The notes under the pieces were generated by a model. The model saw only the letters and a program-made list of their open reading frames with translations. It was not told the DNA's origin and did no database searches. Below are positions 63,001 to 64,000 of a stretch of DNA of 64,000 bases, piece after piece (the first letter of the stretch is position 1; the number at the start of each line of letters is the position of its first letter). A program made the position numbers and the translations under genes. The stretch spans positions 19,832 to 83,831 of the forward strand of contig CAYZYT010000009.1 of the NCBI GenBank assembly GCA_964482725.1, written 5' to 3'. This stretch comes from an uncultured bacterium. GTDB taxonomy: Bacteria; Omnitrophota; Omnitrophia; Omnitrophales; Aquincolibacteriaceae.

Positions 63001-64000
63001 GAGGCGGGAGAGGGCAAAGCTATCGGGCTTATCCGATCGTTCTGGGAGACCGGACCATTCATTTTTTAACGGCGGGACTTGGGACGAAAGTAGTCCTGCT
63101 CCAGCCCCATGTTGAAGATGTGGGCGGCGTTCAGGTCATGGAGCGCCGAGCGAAGGCGCTTGAAGCCCGCAAAGACGAACTTGAATCGGAGATCGGCGCC
63201 CTGGGATTTCTCGTCCAGCGTTCGGAAGTGCGGACAGAACTGCTGTCGGCGGTAGCGGCTGCGGCCCAGCCGTGGGTACCGGTCCTGAAAAGTTTTATTG
63301 CCAGCTCATCGCGGCCGGTAGAAATGGCGATTTTATTCTCTCCGGTGGGGATCGTATTTCTGGGGCTGGCTCGGGGCTATTGGCTGAGCGGCCGGGGGAA
63401 GGTCTCATGGATGTCGCAGAGCGGGGAACAGGCGGCAGCGATCATCCGGGGGATGCTCTGGGGAGCGCTTTTTGCTTCGGCGGCGCCTGTCGCAATGATC
63501 TTTAGAGGCTGGGAGCAAAGTCGGTCCGGAGTGCTTCCTGAAGGTAATATCCTGGGGTGGCTGCCGGATTATTTCATCGTGCTCTGCGCGATTCAGCTCT
63601 ATACGACGGCAGCTTCGCTTTGGGCCTCTCCTCGAAAAATCAATCATAAGCTTCGTCTGTTTATTGCGGGCGTGGTCCCTGTGGTTTATACCGCAGCCGA
63701 ATTCCTTGTGCCTCTGAGCGGGGCGACCGGCATTGGAGCGACCTTCAGTTGGTACGATGTCGGAGCGATCTGGCTTGCGATGGGGACGAGCCTGTTTTTC
63801 AATGCTCAGGAAAAAACAGCGGAAAATCCTAACGCCGTCACTCAACCTGTTCTGCCCTTGCTCGGCGAGAGCAACGCAGGTCAAATCACCCGTTCAGAAA
63901 CTCGGAAAAACATTGCGCAGGCCGAGATGCGGGATAAGGTGATCCGGCACGGTTTTTTTGGGCTGGCGGTGATCGCGGGTACGGCGGCTGTTTTTACCGT
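45075..64000 (+). CDS. Giant multidomain protein 2 (>6300 aa, runs off the window end): signal peptide, TraB/TIKI-like domain, then RSExR-delimited enzyme and membrane modules
   Basis: ATG 45075 (MIQKTSAHK...LFTVVVFLGTSFPSQTLA-Q). Manual translation stays open to base 64000, and none of the + strand ORFs in the track from this region is in this frame. Recognisable motifs occur throughout. Confidence 0.93.
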   Translation, partial: MIQKTSAHKTLIPRFFLKAISLFTVVVFLGTSFPSQTLAQMPSTSNVTGGIDASLLASASATSGKVQEIVIPSELGTISEAYRGERGTMNVERGAENVSRSPLAVPRHGRMVVLIQDAHAVPDAQRSVEKLIEHLQKEYGVTTVAVEGAEGKLDPTLFRLFPDAEKRKSIFEDYLASGELSGAAAASVLSPYTADYVGMEDWTLYQDGVAAFLAGLGKQVDLKSHISTLKSELQRLKTKYYSEEALAFDAKLGAWNEKQNNLTELLSYLAKFVEVNAQRTTLNVLFEALAQERKAAPKLESEVKQLAKYVHETAPSAKLNGLVQDYRTGRLSLAAFAYELTELISGNKSVILSPKGEESQKRDPSVLPQDDVKIVVSAELRSIIQNHEKLVQMKGPAFIKELEAFVEDVRAKLHTTPEAKAVAVLAKQLQLLEKLSTFELSRSEWEELRAGNGERGTWNGDESIDISQKRILDLYHAPLVADFLSFYEIAIKREAVFKEKLFDLLGVNVSRFPLPAPYATNSVAFVAGGFHTGGLAAKLKEQDIPYVVISPAMKEVPQDNRYFEHMQGKVSWRSYFKPHSGRIDLFDAFNRATTEKLLGGRGQGIGDRKLNPKPYTLYAKEWRDSIIRNLAASGRVAEHAKYTHFIDEQAAGNSEEFQGLKQTWTAKLERFIEKLQFLGKNNQINEANVAKLLSQPANQTPYAVPLVPGATIPESFSGGERATHRGWTESVLTDNAQREIRKPEALTPDRKTLPAAQGRRSEVRISGASRAGENLAHDVRPQVSIVIETTLRDEVFLNQLEKYFSSEKSSEINKQVIIAVDGRSQALQRERFEKLKRLIRGFDPEKSVSHVQFVLVPGTGAVGQGIRNGIAVSTGDVVVLADDRAPLDDEIYLALASPVLQKKSEAVYDASGLYSAIKTRTMKEVRWSKRGPFRDAEIKAKFERLAYKAQVSSVLSSEEQARISARPGVSIFERVRGVLVQAFYSFIPPRSFYYGQYEFEKSMEAMARLPRLAEGEKRKVSVVISSRSGKRFFSPNEEDEGQDALRVKVEQLQTLFALNASYEWELVIVDDASPGGKTGERIAQKAKELFPEFFRSGKIRIIFSKDKKSQKGGGILFGMKDALSRSADYLVYTDVDLSADLRLIGSLLEPIVSTGVGITIGSRGHPRTRIIGKGSFRNISSVIYNSLARFILPIGKIRDTQAGFKAFSRETALAIVPEAKDVGFSFDTDLLLLAMEKGYKVEEIPVYWKDSQVGTSVSVYLWALHMTTGLLEQRIRMSERVLARPGIQPRAVLSILVSRAAIMAIRGIQSFIRAYRRVKSLIPDRPSFKAVPVPGAFELHEAVLDKRTTQEFSEKARVIVSQAGKNLAGFRERIASMDVKTKTEQGLGNRTPVTEADEALQRFIVSEIQRVFPGHFVIAEEKIEDEILRKNRENENSDYVWILDPIDGTKEFLNPGSDYYGISLALYYKGLPVLAVVHSPHFGMIETSSERSGVYLNGEPVRVRQESSIRDRHVVIDDAPQKILGSILAVGKGWKSVSHNTRSVVLNLVGMAASGQDAMAPDLFWKGGDRGPLLWDIAAASYLLKKAGGIAFSVEQGRVVEVEQAIRETILDPAQRGRHFSVLAGTPEAVLAAANALQRNLGGGMSQSTKSQDLVVERVTADQKISAVHFHYDFEIPGNQIAFPIGHAVKPQAPVLLQFKEGSFVFKKVSDSRSRAQYVVSYQKALKQSGLLSVPGLIPLKGRAGQAADDFLVELSDGYYALEEALLQGLEISYAKANLKQFEDLGALIAVFHNTSEGFELEGKKSENPLIAIVDRQKDFETLGIALRIKELMKGTAHLARGEKLFLKNYPMLISQLEILRAHLPGSRYDALPKAFVPADLSLHNMRFSGDGSSALSVYDFGKLRYQPRLEDLKNPAMSLGPEKGRTYNLDVLNAIVRGYQSAAREPLTAEELEALPEFIRGTFLWQYAGWFFLEMAKLNTDDAVYDQAVDLFQYFGRVAHDFPAGPPSPSSAEGRRSELRKGEDVLLPEVSAEGKSEIEKYLSGKTLIHSVFEGGGAKGVAYVGALEELESQNMWFKEVAGTSAGAITAALIAAGYTYPEIKKIVFESDFNQFKDLRWGIVPPWLNLMVFGGLYRGLAFEKWIAEKLKDKLGFEPVFKDLPIPLSVVSSDISNKDMLILDKDTAPDLKVAEAVRMSMGIPFFFEVYRWLGAYKRFPLAVRRMVDGGLLSNFPLFIYDEAGSKGEPVVGFMLQEIPHKKEASKGWISKLLALLKYLPAFHIASAVIETALQGQDNRHIEDDVWAKIVNIPVDVGTLDFDLTLAQKEELAARGKEATRKILGLALRGEKGKDSEVSVASIRSEVRGKSAPDAITGRRIPVSKQLLLPDWARGFIDARQGNQYRTPDERMAVAVELSRLNVENHTGGPFGAAIFERESGRLFAIGVNRVVPQNNSMAHAEMMAFVMAQARLRKFTLDRPGPGLELVTSAQPCAMCFGATPWSGVKSVVIGARGEDVESITGFDEGPIHPEWQKELESRGISVQRDVLRDEAIAELRSYVEQNGVVYNGRLSAAESVDDKQEVKSDASVRSALEPNPTGTSQNAVFQTLRQEHADGRDSQESHRPYLAEGPTSNGSVRSEIRKMWVKVAVAVAAGGLLVSGAFLLDSFLKTFLTILFVVNPIGSAVTFVSMTGEMKDAGKRESLSKKSLIAATAVGALFLFSGNLLFDFMGITLGTFMIAGGALLFTISLTSLTASTSDKRVDPNEMGVVPLGIPLIVGPATLTTLMILRGQYGWPVVIAAFLANMFLTAMLFRYSGKVIAVLGKEGAKVIGKIFNLLLAALGVTLIVKGLLTVFPGLHSDTVRPLSLPKDKPVIESSSQPGANIRFEHARFDLLAKQSGSVPPSRSEVRENTSADFQELSIHKGKQVSEILRAMGRLDHTKVWGVTSRGVLQISWGDWIEHEMNNAMQLLLSGMDLYLLGWGKDNLVTAREGWDKAEDFLMIHKAWREAVRNNFSEVIPKVHSPVAGSSRELALDRIEQPYYFMRTVFIDSPDAENNRELYIRFVDRLENVLMWFGGQVAQEVDKYEKANGPLSPKGAELFSDSRKGRSEVRDDKPLASKTVRLQIPKGIFKSMAQQPAGEPSRPDTAVAGPGPEQAEKSLKKRAVKSTPLIESLRGYYSAREKMLKAIKQGDSLVYEENLFAMAKFSRETVSLDKKKSAIEDAVEELRTSGEESFKTELIGDGLEITRVLSDEFSSVEKEQLSQAYGEFLQALGYDAVNRETLVRELMLITYPLTLMDLMPKSIKDFQTKPRALMDVFQAFESVAFAEGRGALGALIGGDVLDHDLGIHLIKQDDEVLLRSVALHEVTHYLARKNLLPFDVSSEIITQAVTMVILFHGMPYKKAVTAFEGFGSLSKEIVEQAKEDVRKKRRLMEPEELMDWVHKMIVLHKPELLHAPQDAFRDMQERFAGMYLGAYGFFVTENKSESDSLRYVIHYGSKNLPKVNHADYSRKLSSRDWEYIHKVLARLQAIAEVILQEDGIKFTARLKKDMRNMAGVRWYYNQEEHTFYYVPWDILEYGEEGSEGMLLTELFRQMYSRMEFIEGDYDTPEFRLLYGLLDTHRVVGEGIKEFSGREEAVKKFFEKKIRILNLETEKERMAQNPLFVQFSEGVFYYLATDFAESSAKNDPRITNAKVLYALTESYPAILQATALKDEKFYQWIRDEIWPHVKPLIDEDLKKLFDEMMEDEMLRQLLEEQMKEGGEMPDMPGMPGMPGMGQGRGEGNTQAGDLDPEMKAKLQKMLKEKLASMTPAEREAFLKKVKEAYQKQLRKQTDQMSDVTGQTPSSMQPGVGQPSPEQVKAGLSQVANALRGLADQVEGIKGNAGEISSSAGQASQGAAGVSEQADTLSAKPEEMSKGAMQPMDQSLGGLMDKIKALREKTFEFNRKAREIDDQANAFGNIGDAVQDQMKQLLDHADDLASLSADVHQTSAEADQEGREAGEIAGELKARLEGENPRIDGLKGRAQQIQAKMEKIDKSLEDMVKELQEARRHADGLQSSVNQVARRVESPMPQISAEGGSTAGSTGSGDPGAHGAAPSDNRERAMNARAGSRSSTGIERHHSVDSAIAEQMKRLLAEPEYQVDPETMRLPAKTVIPRITNSQSAVYQAIRKPSIQFEATLRSNILNVLHELETSLLLANQRKGRINPRALTRVNTGDQRIFQLKKIPDIKKMRLTLLIDVSGSMYSDGGNLDLDAFNPGALVGSNRINSAIRTAVMFMEAFGNDEDIELEIILVADNARIEKPFDQPVTPEFAYQVVSRILHHNLGGGNADLKGLKLAVESQDLREKEAGVQPKIIVIVADGGINYTDKEGIEKTLTTRKDIAWLPTGIGPASADVKNAYAPYGEVVDSVNQLPEKIGERLQTQIEAIVAGVTGRSELRDPQRFENFSASMVEASRNLMKDGFDYVTEDGKTYLVVSPETDGSQKYPDFKVPVRDGVSNLRKESFYASPTNIRDITKIILRAHDQSLDRTALNVQGDAGSGKNKKIYHAARLIGQNVRFMALHDDIHEDDLVERRGVNERSDGKTDWIPSAIVEAMLKGEWVILDEYNKAKPEVLARLNQIIQSRTVTLHDGTKVKAKEGFAIILTSNPPSGSGDAAVYSVAATSGEMLDRIRTINIEYLPAQEEQALLFWTLMKERKLSNTDKISREERELILQLVSAANINRTIYNGQNESGQKGTGRGRNIARPLSTRSLVNILKHIAEFPGEIHRMKSVIKRFYSYEWEKQDQILRVEEIFNHFASLNRDMPLLFNEEDLKGPVYGTNARGKRVLKFKGLEVPVSDDAPQSLEEIPLEDRVMWTPTNLRYLYDCLMDFKKGRHMLFIGEAGTGKDVIAEYVSWLLYGPKVETFGVTRNAMVEDLIAYLGLGEGERMDKGGMVIAAGKNETGLVPAYVIRAMKAGRPVILDEINKGKPEVFAVMNNILEEGWIDLANGQRIYSEPGFLIIATMNPDSKRTYIGNYRLSGEFIDRFSAHKFDYLNREEEIRILRDFNQYIRKSSPDAYKNFRSLRTEFIGALVAMTSVLRQKYQSQEIPHPVSMRSLKKLIVTLSRTPREYFDAFPALLRETYVFEDPVHNEAVLAAAVQAGLLQRQRDLYVPAMEEIIAVDIATGDAALDNLLVDLRDNGIDAPNVIRILSALDRFLHVQMKDLNENQILEFKTVFQALYDFRVARKGVACVQLAGQIQKRLAGTQTFEGYVPELTGEIPMTGHWDFSSSVHPEIAMYAQTVTGILTEKRARSKEPFFFTRINGRNFLVVPEGTKFSDIEEVLRVEGVEMYGEQVLGSPEAGIRLQSAYQLMKYLRGLNVGKEAVLPDVDPKGILRIGETEWKTIAELGLTPAWARNMAVFLSTEPIDAILKESAFRAAGRELMAANFDEQNRKILTTVLKLQNIKPFDAAKLKEPLIKGKADSSELLEAISLMGEFNDGYLAELKSLIWADGAPLVYWAEDVREDIGLVTEVINGRQFSYLVLSAGLKAKMDDFVSGMLKRKERTAITGFLYLLLVDLMTDDASRGDADHASEFTVEGKIKGFFNRALAYYRLKSKAPAEFEDWLKIYGRPDYQAWSEFVQKFTEETYMSDEAISEAVRALFPEHTDQANLVAALGSLLRGYGTSVFSELSQVRTQLAWTRNQLETGRLTRPGPEIKLPEESGLELEFLKMVNKRNTNFEAPHVISYRVGEDVYAASISRSGQGGLFQFMRQGNGAYKVTEMNNDHEMMTFLRGIFKRDKTGFLGSYTLAGKTRFLTKDHTVPREYEIDETGKIRELETRESLLLQALLKNHPPKEEESKKGGVWEKSIKWLRSVGKNNQPINLFLAYPLGESLRLVSLGQDGKAFEYEYNAKGAFRELDASEPGFADVLRTEHGRQVNGLADVFSFMLGDEVRFQVTGFMGSNVQQYRLDKDWNLAPVAADKNALTGLIVNGGGRGQSYRAYPIVLGDRTIHFLTAGLGTKVVLLQPHVEDVGGVQVMERRAKALEARKDELESEIGALGFLVQRSEVRTELLSAVAAAAQPWVPVLKSFIASSSRPVEMAILFSPVGIVFLGLARGYWLSGRGKVSWMSQSGEQAAAIIRGMLWGALFASAAPVAMIFRGWEQSRSGVLPEGNILGWLPDYFIVLCAIQLYTTAASLWASPRKINHKLRLFIAGVVPVVYTAAEFLVPLSGATGIGATFSWYDVGAIWLAMGTSLFFNAQEKTAENPNAVTQPVLPLLGESNAGQITRSETRKNIAQAEMRDKVIRHGFFGLAVIAGTAAVFT
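45400..46740 (+). other. TraB/GumN/TIKI (EreA/ChaN-fold)-like domain of giant protein 2
   Basis: VLIQDAH (His 45429), VAVEG (Glu 45513), VGMED (45672), AIKRE (~46550) and FVAGGFH (His 46665), in the family order. Confidence 0.55.
46122..46187. repeat. GTCATTCTGAG-family element in-frame inside giant gene 2
   Basis: 66 nt, reads VILSPKGEESQKRDPSVLPQDD. Confidence 0.8.
47367..51122 (+). other. Module: degenerate GT2 + GT2 + inositol monophosphatase + APH/ThrB-type kinase fold
   Basis: VIVDDAS, YTDVD, IGSR, DTQAGFK; VTEAD, IAEE, WILDPIDGT (49404), WDIAAA; ADLSLHN (50712), VYDFG. Confidence 0.85.
51138..52151 (+). other. Module: patatin-like phospholipase
   Basis: GGGAKG (51237), GTSAG (51318), DGG (51747). 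Confidence 0.92.
52167..52976 (+). other. Module: zinc-dependent nucleoside/guanine deaminase
   Basis: GGPFGAAI, AHAE (His 52440), PCAMC (52539), GFDEG. Confidence 0.92.
52992..53780 (+). other. Module: MarC-family membrane protein
   Basis: LFVVNPIG, FMIAGGALLF, VVPLGIPLIVGPAT, KIFNLLLAALGV. Confidence 0.88.
54405..58373 (+). other. Module: HEXXH motif + low-complexity/coiled-coil stalk + CobT/NorD-like vWA domain
   Basis: LHEVTH (55164), MPG repeats, GRINPRAL..RIF, LLIDVSGSM (57786), IVADG. Confidence 0.8.
58389..63218 (+). other. Module: two tandem MoxR/dynein-related AAA+ domains plus an unknown C-terminal region
   Basis: GDAGSGKN (58677) / VILDEYNK / TSNP / LDR and GEAGTGKD (59715) / VILDEINK / TMNP / IDRF. 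Confidence 0.88.

Noticed and set aside
45044-63942. The many short ORFs listed in the track for this region
   Set aside because: They are off-frame or antisense shadows of the single open frame starting at 45075, which carries all the recognisable motifs.

Overview
Bacterial chromosome segment (GC visibly above 50%), almost entirely + strand. Gene content and protein style suggest Candidatus Omnitrophota (OP3); this assignment is an inference. Two giant genes bracket a housekeeping block. Giant gene 1 (<3..12437, >4100 aa) is open from the window start. Giant gene 2 (45075..>64000, >6300 aa) has no stop codon in the window and is therefore missing from the supplied ORF track; I translated it by hand. 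Both are strings of unrelated domains. Gene 1 carries PTS enzyme I, a GlnD-like region, 2 HPr and 4 receiver domains. Gene 2 carries GT2, inositol monophosphatase, an APH-like kinase, patatin, a deaminase, MarC, HEXXH+vWA, tandem AAA+ and membrane modules. The modules are separated by a recurring pentapeptide R-[S/A]-E-x-R (19 copies read), conserved at protein rather than DNA level. Gene 2 starts with a signal peptide and a domain with the TraB/GumN/TIKI metalloprotease motif order. The leading hypothesis is an exported, self-processing cassette polyprotein system. The middle block holds tRNA-Glu, -Ala and -Leu, sixA, mscL, mnmA, acpS, leuS, exeA/exeB-like genes, comEC, an extended bamD, lptE, holA, rpsT, murJ, uvrC and three TTYYPAP-family paralogs. 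It also holds an unannotated structured RNA candidate and three families of palindromic elements, several inserted in-frame in proteins. All domain calls are by motif recognition, not database search.
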